64,000 nt of DNA, from IMG/VR virus record IMGVR_UViG_3300005076_000002, positions 96,001-160,000 of that record; one strand, 5' to 3'. The translations under genes and the position numbers were made by a program. Of the stretch, positions 18,576-28,390 are shown one piece after another. The stretch's first letter is position 1. Each line of letters begins with the position of its first letter. Below the pieces are notes generated by a model, which was given only the letters and a program-made list of their open reading frames with translations, made no database searches and was not told the DNA's origin. The DNA is from a virus (lineage: Duplodnaviria > Caudoviricetes).

Positions 18576-20191
18576 TGATCACTTTGCCTGACTTTCCCGA
18601 CTTCGCTGCTGAAGAGAAAGAACTCTTCAAACTGAACTCTGTTATGACGTCCTTGGTGTCTTACGAGAATCAGATACGTGAGACCGGTATGTCGCGGGCA
18701 ATTGGTGTTGGTCTGGAATCTGCCTCTCCGGGTATCCTCGGCGGCCTTAACGTAAACATGCTGACTGAGCTTGGTTCCACCACCAAGCTCTCAGTGGGAC
18801 TTGAGGCCATCGAGTGGCGTAAGATTGCACTGGCCGTATCTGGCACCAGTATTATCGTCGGCTTGCTCATTAAGCTTTACCAATGGCTTAAGGATCGCTG
18901 GGGTGGTTCTGGTGGTGGCTCGTCCTCTGCTATCGCCGCCAAGCAGCGGCAGGTCGATAATCTCAAGCGGGATATGGAAGATGTTAAGAAAGAGATTCAG
19001 GCACGTTTGAAAAAGCATGCCGAGACTCCTATTTCTGAACAGGCTTTCATGAATATCTTCCCGGATGAAGATACGCCGTTCAACCTGCCGTACAAGCTCA
19101 ACCTCGTCGAGCATATCCGCAGTAAGAAAATCAACACCAACCAAGCCATCATTGCGATGGCCCGCATTACCACCATCTCGCGTCATTATAACCTGTACGA
19201 CCCTGCCCAGATCGGCTCCCTGATTCTTTATCAGGCCACCAAAGATCTGACGAAGCCGGTTGATCTATCGTGGGTTGTGTTCTGTGACGAACTGCGCTAC
19301 TGGCCAGCTTTCTTTGGAAAGGAAGGCTACAATCGCGGTGCTCGCATGGAAACTATCTTTAACGGCATCACGATGCACTACGTTCAGGGTATGATGTCTG
19401 CAACGACAATGATGACCGAAGAGTTCAGCCGGTTGATGAAGATGAACAACGCCCGGATGAATTCCAAAGAGCCAATCACCGAGCATGAGCGCGATGAGTT
19501 CCACGCATATACCACGAACATGCTCGAACGCGTCCACGCTCTCATCAATGACGCTGGGTTCATGGCTGATAATAAAGTATTCGGGACTTTGTACAAAAAC
19601 AGCGCCCCGAGTCCGACGATTATCAATCGGAAACATCAACGCTATCTTCCGCCGGCGATCATCCTGACGGAATATATCAAGCTGTTCCCGGCTATCGTTA
19701 AAGAGCTCTCGTTGGGACTTAGCGTCTATAACCCACGTGCTGAAAACCGCGAGAACGAAGAAGAGTGGATCTCCCTGCTCAATATTCGCCTCACTCCGCT
19801 GAAGCATATCCTTAGCCGCTTCGATCTCGATGACGTCATTACGAACCACCGCGCTGTATTCAGCTCGTCTACCGACAAAGCTGTTACTGCACAAGCGGAT
19901 GAGATTCTTAGCCGTCTGAAAGATATGAAGAAGGAACTGGACACGGTCGAGGCTAGCTTGCAGTCCGGTAAGGAAATGCTGTTTTCTGGCGTAGAAGGTG
20001 CTCGCAAGTATAAGTTGAAAAATCATGTGTTGGATATCGACGGTGAAAACATCGACCATCTGTACATGATCAATGGCTGGATTCGTTATATCAGCGACGT
20101 CTCCAAAGCCCTCCAGCTTTACTATAGCACCGGCACGCGTGCAGAGCTCGGTCTGTTCCGTTTGCAAGAACTGATGAAGAAACATAAATAA
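18575..20191 (+). CDS. Head/ejected protein (gp86-like) with propeptide and TM helix
   Basis: VSYEN, VGLES and VGLEA, then IALAVSGTSIIVGLLIKLYQWL-GGSGGGSSS. Confidence 0.78.
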   Translation: MITLPDFPDFAAEEKELFKLNSVMTSLVSYENQIRETGMSRAIGVGLESASPGILGGLNVNMLTELGSTTKLSVGLEAIEWRKIALAVSGTSIIVGLLIKLYQWLKDRWGGSGGGSSSAIAAKQRQVDNLKRDMEDVKKEIQARLKKHAETPISEQAFMNIFPDEDTPFNLPYKLNLVEHIRSKKINTNQAIIAMARITTISRHYNLYDPAQIGSLILYQATKDLTKPVDLSWVVFCDELRYWPAFFGKEGYNRGARMETIFNGITMHYVQGMMSATTMMTEEFSRLMKMNNARMNSKEPITEHERDEFHAYTTNMLERVHALINDAGFMADNKVFGTLYKNSAPSPTIINRKHQRYLPPAIILTEYIKLFPAIVKELSLGLSVYNPRAENRENEEEWISLLNIRLTPLKHILSRFDLDDVITNHRAVFSSSTDKAVTAQADEILSRLKDMKKELDTVEASLQSGKEMLFSGVEGARKYKLKNHVLDIDGENIDHLYMINGWIRYISDVSKALQLYYSTGTRAELGLFRLQELMKKHK

Positions 20192-20226
20192 AGTCTAGGG
20201 GCCCGAAGGCCCCTAGCTTTTTATTT
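20190..20226. terminator. Bidirectional terminator
   Basis: CTAGGGGCC-CGAA-GGCCCCTAG TTTTT. Confidence 0.88.
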
Positions 20227-23142
20227 GTCATGCTTGGTAAATGTGGTAATGATGTCGTCAACGATCGAGATAGTATTGTCGGGGTTAACCCGAGCTTTCT
20301 TCTTGAGCGTCAACTTATCACTGTTGTCCAGAACACTATAAATGTACTGGTCTTGATTAACTCCCCAGCCGGCCATCTCAACGTCAATGACATCGTCGCC
20401 GATCCGCGCCCGCAGGTCAGCCAAGATAGAAGACGCGGACAGTGTCTTCTTACCGAGGTTTGCTACGATAACTTCACGAGTGATGTTGTTGATGTTAGAC
20501 AGCAAGTTCGTATTGCGTCGCACTTCATTGGTGACGTAGTAACGAACTGTGAAGCCAACTTCCGAATCAACTTTGGCAATCGTGCTATCGGCAAGACGTA
20601 CGCGAACCAACCCGAACGTGTTCTTCGGATAGACGAACAGTTCGGTCTTATCACGCAGCTGACCACCGATAGCTGGAATGTCAGACAGGATCGCCTTAGT
20701 CAACGCGGCGGTAACAGTTTCAACATGCGGTGCGATTTCCACAGCATCAGCAATCGCATAGCGTCCGTCGAACAGGAACATCTCAATACGTCGCAGAACA
20801 CTACGCGGATTCTTAATGATCGGTTCACGGTCTTCACCGTAAATGATCGAACCGGCTTCGTGCTCGATGTAGGGAGTTCCATCAGGGTTCTTCATCTGCT
20901 CACCGCGATAATGCGCTATCTTGAGCTGTGGCTTACCATTAACCACCTCAATGACCGGCATGTTATCGACCGGGTTAACCGCATAGACGTTACGATCATA
21001 GACGCCAATGACATCTTTTTCGTAACGCATGTAATCAACACTTCCGACGACCGACCTGGCATTAGCCCAAAGGGCTGGCAGATAGTTACCGAGGTTGAAA
21101 CGCAAACGTTCGTGAGTTATACCTTTACTGGTACGGTTTTGTCCAGCAGCAACCTTATCAATGCTAGACGGTCGGTATTCAGGTGTGGTGTAATTGTTGA
21201 CCAGGAAGATGACCTCAATATCGGCATTGAGCTGCATTGGAATCGGCGTAGGCTTATCCCCAAAGAGGATGAAGCTTTCCACGATGATATCGTGGTTACG
21301 GTCGACGTCCATGTTGCAACTGATAAAGAACTCGTAGAGACGCTCCTTATCGTCATTTCTACTGATCAGCTTGCCGTCGAGACGAGCATAGTCCTCGCTA
21401 TAACCACGCGGTGTGAAACAGATCTGTGCTTCACACTGATCGTCACGCAATGAACGATACGTCTCACCCGAGCGAGTCAGTACCAGCAATCGGTAACCGC
21501 CATCCACCTTTTCCAAAGCGTAGTCGCCTACACCGACATCCAGATTGAGTTTGGTGTTGGTGTGGACAAACCGCTTGTTATCTACCGTCGGCTTACTCAG
21601 GTAGTAAGGCCTGGCTTCAAACACGTTCGCGTTGTTGTCCAAGACGTAATGGAACGGCGTGAACAGCAAACGGCGACTGTTGATAATACGCGCTCTTTCG
21701 CCCGGAGAGAGCATCTTGTAATAATCCACATTACCGAGCGTGTCGAGGTAAACTCTGCCGTCACGCTCCTCGTAGAGTGTTTTAGGAGTGATCGTGAGAC
21801 GGTTGCCGTTGTCATGAACGCTGGGCAGTTTAGCCAGTTCATTGTACGACGTCTGGAAGATACCGTTAATAGTACCGATCGGCGTCGACAATTCAGGAAT
21901 GGTGGATGGCAACAGCTCAGACGAAGCGTGATAGATACGGTCGGTAACAAAGTCAACCGACTTGGTCACATCGTAGCCCATATCGTTCAATGTCGACTTA
22001 AGCTGCTCGTCACTGATTGGTAACAGGCGACCGCCAAGAGCGTTGTCAATAACACGCCGGCGAAGATCAGCAAAGCTAAGCTCGTTACGGCCACCAGACA
22101 CCACATTATTACAGAAGACCTGTTTAAACGTAATGACTTCCAATGGTGATACGTATTCTGACGGCGTCTCGCCATTAAGGTCGCGGAATTTGATTTCATA
22201 CTCGGAAGCATTGGTATATGCCCTCAAGTCAAGATCAAGTTTACCTTTAGTGAAATAGATGTCGGTTCTGATTTCACCGGAGGCAAGTCCATTGCGAACA
22301 TAGATGTCTGGGATATAGACATCCATAACGTTATCGCGTACACGAAGCTGCGCAGTTACTTCATTAGCGTCGATGACTTCCTGACTGTGGGTAGTTTTCA
22401 ATTCCACCCATTTCAGTCCCTTACGCATCCAGACACGAGCATAGAAGAACTTATCGGGGTAAGCGTAGGTTTGTCGGAAGCTGGTGCCGGCAACAATCTG
22501 ACTGCTATTGGTGACGATGTCGTATTGCATCGTCGGAATCTCGATCTGGATGAACTCCAGCGGGATGCCGTCTTTAGGCACCGTTCGAACGGTCCATTGC
22601 AACGTATTGGAAGACAGCGTAGCGATCGGGGACGGTACGTCGGTATTATAGATTATCTGAATACCGCCATAGGGCAGTACACGTAATTCAATTGCATACT
22701 GGAGTGTGAATGGATAACCTCCGATAGTGATGCGCGAATCGCGAGAGATAACCAGCCGCCTGGTTTCACGGGATACCAGTGGGACCGCTTTGTTCTTGAG
22801 TTCGTCTAGACCAATTACAAAAGTAAACGGTACGGTAGACGGAAGCGCAAAACGGTCAAGATAGTCGACGTCCGACATATGACCATAAAGATCGTTATAG
22901 TCTTCAGCCGCCTGAGGGTAGGCTTTACGAAGACAAGCGTAGTCGTGCTCTATCGCCGCAGCGGCGGTAACTACCGACGCCTCCAGACTGAATACGACCG
23001 GATCACTGGGATCAAGAATCTCGATATCGTCAGGACTACCCATCGCCGTCTTCAAACCGTCGAGCATCCGCTCTTGAATTGCCAGCGGGTTATAACGGTA
23101 AGTAGCCAACTCACCCAATATCTCTTTAAGGGTATTAGCCAT
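20221..23142 (-). CDS. Large baseplate wedge protein (phiKZ gp87-like; T4 gp6/J-like)
   Basis: 973 aa; N-terminal RYNPLAIQ...DPSDPVVFSLE, GGRNELSFADLRRRV. Confidence 0.72.
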   Translation of the reverse strand: MANTLKEILGELATYRYNPLAIQERMLDGLKTAMGSPDDIEILDPSDPVVFSLEASVVTAAAAIEHDYACLRKAYPQAAEDYNDLYGHMSDVDYLDRFALPSTVPFTFVIGLDELKNKAVPLVSRETRRLVISRDSRITIGGYPFTLQYAIELRVLPYGGIQIIYNTDVPSPIATLSSNTLQWTVRTVPKDGIPLEFIQIEIPTMQYDIVTNSSQIVAGTSFRQTYAYPDKFFYARVWMRKGLKWVELKTTHSQEVIDANEVTAQLRVRDNVMDVYIPDIYVRNGLASGEIRTDIYFTKGKLDLDLRAYTNASEYEIKFRDLNGETPSEYVSPLEVITFKQVFCNNVVSGGRNELSFADLRRRVIDNALGGRLLPISDEQLKSTLNDMGYDVTKSVDFVTDRIYHASSELLPSTIPELSTPIGTINGIFQTSYNELAKLPSVHDNGNRLTITPKTLYEERDGRVYLDTLGNVDYYKMLSPGERARIINSRRLLFTPFHYVLDNNANVFEARPYYLSKPTVDNKRFVHTNTKLNLDVGVGDYALEKVDGGYRLLVLTRSGETYRSLRDDQCEAQICFTPRGYSEDYARLDGKLISRNDDKERLYEFFISCNMDVDRNHDIIVESFILFGDKPTPIPMQLNADIEVIFLVNNYTTPEYRPSSIDKVAAGQNRTSKGITHERLRFNLGNYLPALWANARSVVGSVDYMRYEKDVIGVYDRNVYAVNPVDNMPVIEVVNGKPQLKIAHYRGEQMKNPDGTPYIEHEAGSIIYGEDREPIIKNPRSVLRRIEMFLFDGRYAIADAVEIAPHVETVTAALTKAILSDIPAIGGQLRDKTELFVYPKNTFGLVRVRLADSTIAKVDSEVGFTVRYYVTNEVRRNTNLLSNINNITREVIVANLGKKTLSASSILADLRARIGDDVIDVEMAGWGVNQDQYIYSVLDNSDKLTLKKKARVNPDNTISIVDDIITTFTKHDK

Positions 23143-24280
23143 TCATAAGCTCCTTATAACGACGGTTATAGTCGTCAGCATAAACCCACCACTGGAATTC
23201 ATAAGTGTTAGGGTCGATTTGCGGATAACCGTTGAAGTTCATCATGCCTGCAATCTCAGGTGTGAGCATCACCATCGAGTTATACGCTCGCGGCAGATAC
23301 TCAAAACCAGTTGGATCGTAGGGCTGCATATCTGGGTTAAAGATACGAACGAGGTCATTGAACTCCTGAATAATGATCGGATCATTATAGGAGGCCACGT
23401 TCGCCTGGAACTGGATGCTAAGCTGGTCGTTGTCCGTAATGAGGGGTTGTGAACCAGAGATGTTCATAATCATCCCCATCGAGTCGTTGGTCGGGAAGAG
23501 GGCATTGGCGATACCATACTTACGCACATAACGACGTGTCGGATCGAGGATGAAGCGATAACAACGCATCTGGTAATCGATAGTGTTAGTGAACATGTTA
23601 ATCGGACGTGGCAAGAACAGGCCCGTACGCACCCCAGCAGCGTATTCTAACATTAAGCCAATCAATGACGTGATAACGTCGCCATCAACGTTACGGAATG
23701 TAGCGTTGAGGTTAAACGCGGAGTTAGGTTGGTAGGTGGAGTCGACCATACTCCATTGTTCGCGCACCATGCCTTCTTCGGAAGTATAGACGTCAAGGGT
23801 ACTGTCGGGGAACCCGCTCAGCGATACAAGCAGATTCGACAGAACTGGAATAAAAGCACAGCGATTGTCAAACCCTACTTCGTGATGGAACGTGTTGCCA
23901 AAACCGACTAGACCCTTAGACGCTGAAAGCATCTCACAGAAAGGATCCAACATGCCAATCAATGCAGCCATCTGAGAATTACGTTTACCTCGGAGCATCT
24001 CCAACATCCGTCTGGATTGGTTGACGTTATCCTCATTAAAGTTCATATCGGGTCGGGTCCAAAATACATACCCTGTACCGTCAACGTTCTTCGGCGCATA
24101 AAGAGGCGCCATTCTATGATTAAACCCAGTGAGCAGGTTTGACGTGGATTCTTGCGGACTTCCGCGCCCATTTCTTATGTTGGCGTTCTGTACCCGAGTC
24201 TTAAATAGCGAAAGCGTTTGCTCGTCTACTGATGTCTCGTAAGGCACATCGACACCTTGCTTCGGTGTATCATTTGACAT
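23135..24280 (-). CDS. Virion structural protein (gp88-like; tube/baseplate initiator fold suspected)
   Basis: GYVFWTRPDMN, LSGFPD, YNDPIII; GAGG RBS favours ATG 24280. Confidence 0.72.
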   Translation of the reverse strand: MSNDTPKQGVDVPYETSVDEQTLSLFKTRVQNANIRNGRGSPQESTSNLLTGFNHRMAPLYAPKNVDGTGYVFWTRPDMNFNEDNVNQSRRMLEMLRGKRNSQMAALIGMLDPFCEMLSASKGLVGFGNTFHHEVGFDNRCAFIPVLSNLLVSLSGFPDSTLDVYTSEEGMVREQWSMVDSTYQPNSAFNLNATFRNVDGDVITSLIGLMLEYAAGVRTGLFLPRPINMFTNTIDYQMRCYRFILDPTRRYVRKYGIANALFPTNDSMGMIMNISGSQPLITDNDQLSIQFQANVASYNDPIIIQEFNDLVRIFNPDMQPYDPTGFEYLPRAYNSMVMLTPEIAGMMNFNGYPQIDPNTYEFQWWVYADDYNRRYKELMNG

Positions 24281-24306
24281 AAAGACCTCTGTTCTGGAGA
24301 AGCGAC

Positions 24307-25425
24307 ATGATAATTGACAACGCAGGACCACTCCTTACTGGTGTGGTTTCTAAGCTGCCAGAATTATATCGCGGAGGGAAAAGCGACTCACTCATCGAGT
24401 TCTCTCGTCCCGCCCGTAATGAATTTCTGACGCTCGTTGAGAGTAAACTCGTTCCACTACCTTTCATGAGTGATGTTGTCCAGTCGGCACTTACTCTGGT
24501 ATCGGGTTACTACCTCAGCGCCCTCACTCTGTTGATCGACGTTCCTGGCCTTGAAGTGGTCAAGACCCTGGACCAGCTCAACACCAAACGTGATCCCATC
24601 GAATCCATGCTGGGTACTGGCGCCTCTATCTACAAGTTTGTAGGTACCGAGAGCTACCAGCATGGTCTGCCGAAACCCGAGCACTCTCTGTTTGGTTTCG
24701 AAGCCGACGGCGATGAGACCACCATCCTCGACGAGAATGGCAACGCGACCAGCGGTCGTCTCGGCCGTGAAATCCAGTCGTCCATCAAAGAGCTGTCCAA
24801 CCTCTCGGTCGGTAAACAGTTTGAAGTCATCTTTGCCCGCGACGGCAACGAGCAGCCGGTACAGCTTCAGATTCGCCTGATGGTAACTGATACCGACAGC
24901 AAGTCCATGATGACCATTCTGTCCATGGGTTCTATCAAGAACACCTTCAAGGAGCGCTTCTTCCGTGCCAAGGCCGGAGAACTTTCCTACATCAAAGATC
25001 TGGTACTCTGCCAGGATCTGATCGATGAAGCTCGTGCTACTCGCATACGCGATAAATCCGGCTTCTTTGAACATATAATGCGCAAGCGCTCCGGGAACTT
25101 CCTGTCCGGGTTGTTCACGCTGCGTCCGTCCATCAACAACGCTTCCGCAGTCATCATTATCAGTAAAGAGACTGCCAAACAGCTGGAGTTGGAACTGGGT
25201 GGTAAGCTCAGTCAATTCGCTGTGCGTGAGCAGGTGTTCAAGTCCACCTACGCCATGTTGTTGATCGTAATCGACGAGTGGGAAATGGTAACCTTCTACC
25301 ACCGCTCCATCGATACACCGACTGAAATGCGCGCCTCTGAGCTTAAGCGTGCCAACAAGTCCACCGGTTCTGACGTCGAAGATATCCTGCGGGCATACTC
25401 TTCCTTCAGTGCGCCGACCTTGTAA
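24307..25425 (+). CDS. Inner-head protein (gp89-like)
   Basis: VGTES and FGFEA sites, NLSVGK motif. Confidence 0.72.
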   Translation: MIIDNAGPLLTGVVSKLPELYRGGKSDSLIEFSRPARNEFLTLVESKLVPLPFMSDVVQSALTLVSGYYLSALTLLIDVPGLEVVKTLDQLNTKRDPIESMLGTGASIYKFVGTESYQHGLPKPEHSLFGFEADGDETTILDENGNATSGRLGREIQSSIKELSNLSVGKQFEVIFARDGNEQPVQLQIRLMVTDTDSKSMMTILSMGSIKNTFKERFFRAKAGELSYIKDLVLCQDLIDEARATRIRDKSGFFEHIMRKRSGNFLSGLFTLRPSINNASAVIIISKETAKQLELELGGKLSQFAVREQVFKSTYAMLLIVIDEWEMVTFYHRSIDTPTEMRASELKRANKSTGSDVEDILRAYSSFSAPTL

Positions 25426-25436
25426 TTGGGGGCAAG

Positions 25437-26354
25437 ATGAAATTCCATAGCTACGTCAAGTCACTCGTGCCGTCATTGGAGACGGCGGATCTGAAGGAGA
25501 ACATCGTCGTAACCAGCGAGCGTATTTCGGAGAGCATTCTCCCGTCGCTGGAAAGTATGATGGTCGTCTTTGATCACAAATACGCCTGGCGGGATGACGC
25601 ACTCAAAGCCATATCGAAGCAGTACCTTCAAAGCATGAAGGGTAACGGGTTTAAACTCCCGCTCGACTCCTCGATGTTGGAACTGGTGCAGCATGTTATG
25701 AAAAACATGCTTGTGACTCTTCCGTTCATCAAAGGTGAAGTTGACAAGACCTTTGGTAAAGTGATCTTCAATGAAGGCCTGACATTTAGTAAGGCTAACA
25801 TTATGAAGTATTGCGAGACGGTAGAGTTCACTGTCAACTATACCAGGATCCTGCTCAACTACATCACGCATGCCGAACTGCAAAAGCTCGACAATCGCCA
25901 CAGTTCCAATAACCTTCCTCCGAAGGACGTTGAGTACCTGCGTGCGAACGTTATGATCTTTGCATCGGCCTGCCGTATCATGGGTATCCCCACCGCACAA
26001 CTGAAGTCGCAACTGAACTCTGTGCCTGACATGCTTATCGAAGCCGGTACTGAAGAAGAAGCCACTCTGTTGATCGGCGGCGGTAAACTCGACCCGGTCG
26101 GTTTTGCCGCGCTGCCTTTCCCTATTTCGGTGATCTACCACGCCCGCCTTCGCTTTGCCAATAAGCAAGTCGAAGAGTACGAGCGGCTGAAAGCCGAAGA
26201 AGCGGTGATCAAGTATCGTCTCATTCTCATCCAGCAAAAGCTGGACGGTGGTGAAGGCGATGCTGCGGCTGAGAAGCTGTTAGGGATCCAGGAAGATCGT
26301 CTGTTCAAGACGCGGCGTAAACTCGCCGAGCTGGAGGAAGAGTATGGGGTCTAA
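25437..26354 (+). CDS. Inner-head protein (gp90-like)
   Basis: 305 aa; KLDPVGF...YHARL motif; C-terminal coiled coil. Confidence 0.72.
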   Translation: MKFHSYVKSLVPSLETADLKENIVVTSERISESILPSLESMMVVFDHKYAWRDDALKAISKQYLQSMKGNGFKLPLDSSMLELVQHVMKNMLVTLPFIKGEVDKTFGKVIFNEGLTFSKANIMKYCETVEFTVNYTRILLNYITHAELQKLDNRHSSNNLPPKDVEYLRANVMIFASACRIMGIPTAQLKSQLNSVPDMLIEAGTEEEATLLIGGGKLDPVGFAALPFPISVIYHARLRFANKQVEEYERLKAEEAVIKYRLILIQQKLDGGEGDAAAEKLLGIQEDRLFKTRRKLAELEEEYGV

Positions 26355-26901
26355 ACGTCAGCTCTCGAAGAATGACGTTGAGATGTTGCGGCGTTTGGCC
26401 GACCTTGCCAAGGGTAGCAGTATTCGCACACGACACTTTGAATTCCTGGATGCGTGTCTGACGACCGCTGCCCGGAACGTCTGGTTGCTGCGCGAACTGT
26501 CCAAGGGCGATTGGGCCAAATATACTATCGGCTCTGCTGATACTATAGTCCGCTATGTCAATGAGACCATTGGCTTCATTCTCGGCGAACCTCGCGTCAT
26601 TTCCGCCCATTCGTGGGAGGCCATCATTGCGGAAGCCATCGCGACCGATGTCGTGGGGCATGAGAAAGTCCTGTCCGGTAATATCGGCGCGGCCATTATC
26701 ACCGCCAATGATATGGGAAAATATAACAACGGCCAGCGTGGCACTTCAAGTGGCCATGTAGTCCGTCGCGACCTCCTGTCGCACACTGAAAGTAGCATTA
26801 TATCTATGTGGACTATGCGTCCGAATGGTGTAGACGACATGATCATCTCGCTTGCGCGTTGTGCTGAGGTCATTTACACGTTCCAAGAGAAAGACGACTA
26901 A
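26344..26901 (+). CDS. Conserved hypothetical virion-cluster protein
   Basis: 185 aa, GGAGG RBS, overlaps the previous stop. Confidence 0.72.
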   Translation: MGSKRQLSKNDVEMLRRLADLAKGSSIRTRHFEFLDACLTTAARNVWLLRELSKGDWAKYTIGSADTIVRYVNETIGFILGEPRVISAHSWEAIIAEAIATDVVGHEKVLSGNIGAAIITANDMGKYNNGQRGTSSGHVVRRDLLSHTESSIISMWTMRPNGVDDMIISLARCAEVIYTFQEKDD

Positions 26902-27025
26902 GTCAGCATGATGTAGTGTCCCCCTTTTGCGTATTACGCTCGTCGACGAGTAGCGCAAATCATGTCTATATACTTTGAGAGTATTAGGCATGCAACCTTT
27001 GGTTAACCGAAACAAGGAAATACAC

Positions 27026-28276
27026 ATGAATAAGCACATGTTCAAACTGGGTCTGGAGTCTCTGGACGATGCAGAAGCCGTAGACGTCTCCGCTCTGGAA
27101 AAGCCGGAAGAAGGCGTTGAAGCGCATCTGGTAGAAGTTGAAGGCCAAGACGCCGACCTGGGCGAAGCTGAGATGGTCGGTGACCAGCTGGCTGCCGATA
27201 CCGAAACCCTGGAAAACCTGGGTGACGTGGTTGAAGATGCCGTTGAGTCCGGCGAAGGCATGGACGAGACTGCTGCTCGTGCCGTAGAAGTGGGCGTTGA
27301 GTCCATTGCTAACCGCTGGGGCTTCAAGGTCCAGAAGCTGGGTGCCGAATCCTTCAACGGTGCCAACCGCGCTCAAGCCACCCGCGTTGCCTACGAAGGC
27401 GTCATGGACGCCGTGAAGGACGCCTGGGACACCTTCCTGAAGTGGCTGCAAGAGATGATCAACAAGCTGCGTGACTTCTGGGTCAAGTACGTGAACGCTG
27501 GTAAAGCCATGCAGAAGCGTGCCGACAAGCTGTCCGATCGTCTGGACAACCTGGGCTCCAAGGTCAAGAACGGCAAAGACAAGATCGGCGGCGGCTGGAC
27601 TGCCAAGCTGCTGCTCGACGGCAAGATCGACCCCGAAGGCGTCATCGCTCTGGCTGGTCCGATCACCTCCGACATCAAGAAGGCTGCCATTGCCGGTCGT
27701 ATGAAGCTGACCTCCGCCGAAGGCTCCATCAAGTCCGGTTCCCGTTCCGGTTCCGATACCCCCGTGGAATTCGGTAAGAAGACCTCCAAGGCCCTGTCCA
27801 AACTGGTTCCGAACAACGCCATCAGTCCGAAAGGTTTCGCTCTGCCGGGCGGCGCCTACTGGGTCGGCTACGAGATGTCCGTCAGTGACAACTCCCCGAA
27901 GGTCCTCGTAGGTGCGTTCGCAGCTGTCCCGGAAAATACCGGCGACAAGAAGATCAGCACTCCGAACTCCAACCAGATGAAGACCGCCATCGGCGCGATC
28001 AACACCTACGGTGCCGCTCTGGAGAAGTCAATCACCGAGTTCCGTCCGGCTCAGGAAGAAATGTCCAAGCTGAACGAAGCCGTTAAGTCTGCCATCTCCA
28101 AGCTGAAAGACGGCAAGGCCGAAGAGAAAGAAGCCAACAAGGCCGCACTGAAAGAAGCTCGCTTCGCGGTCCAGACCAACGTCGCCATGACCCGCGCCGT
28201 TTCCGCTGCCCTGCGCAACGGTGGCTTCGGTCTGATCGGCTACGTCCAAGCCGGTATCGATGCTTACGAGAAGTAA
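27026..28276 (+). CDS. Abundant inner-body/ejection protein (phiKZ gp93-97 family)
   Basis: Acidic propeptide with LGLES, VGVES, LGAES and VAYEG, then amphipathic GVMDAVKDAWDTFLKWL; extreme codon bias; AAGGA RBS. Confidence 0.82.
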   Translation: MNKHMFKLGLESLDDAEAVDVSALEKPEEGVEAHLVEVEGQDADLGEAEMVGDQLAADTETLENLGDVVEDAVESGEGMDETAARAVEVGVESIANRWGFKVQKLGAESFNGANRAQATRVAYEGVMDAVKDAWDTFLKWLQEMINKLRDFWVKYVNAGKAMQKRADKLSDRLDNLGSKVKNGKDKIGGGWTAKLLLDGKIDPEGVIALAGPITSDIKKAAIAGRMKLTSAEGSIKSGSRSGSDTPVEFGKKTSKALSKLVPNNAISPKGFALPGGAYWVGYEMSVSDNSPKVLVGAFAAVPENTGDKKISTPNSNQMKTAIGAINTYGAALEKSITEFRPAQEEMSKLNEAVKSAISKLKDGKAEEKEANKAALKEARFAVQTNVAMTRAVSAALRNGGFGLIGYVQAGIDAYEK

Positions 28277-28316
28277 GCACCGGTAGGCTAAGTTGGTAAT
28301 CCAATAAAGCCGATTT

Positions 28317-28350
28317 AGTGAGGAGGGGAAACCCTCCTCACTTTATTTTT
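28317..28350 (+). terminator. Intrinsic terminator
   Basis: AGTGAGGAGGG-GAAA-CCCTCCTCACT TTATTTTT. Confidence 0.9.
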
Positions 28351-28390
28351 ATTTGTTTTTAGTCTGCGGTCATTTTGTGGAGGTGTACCT

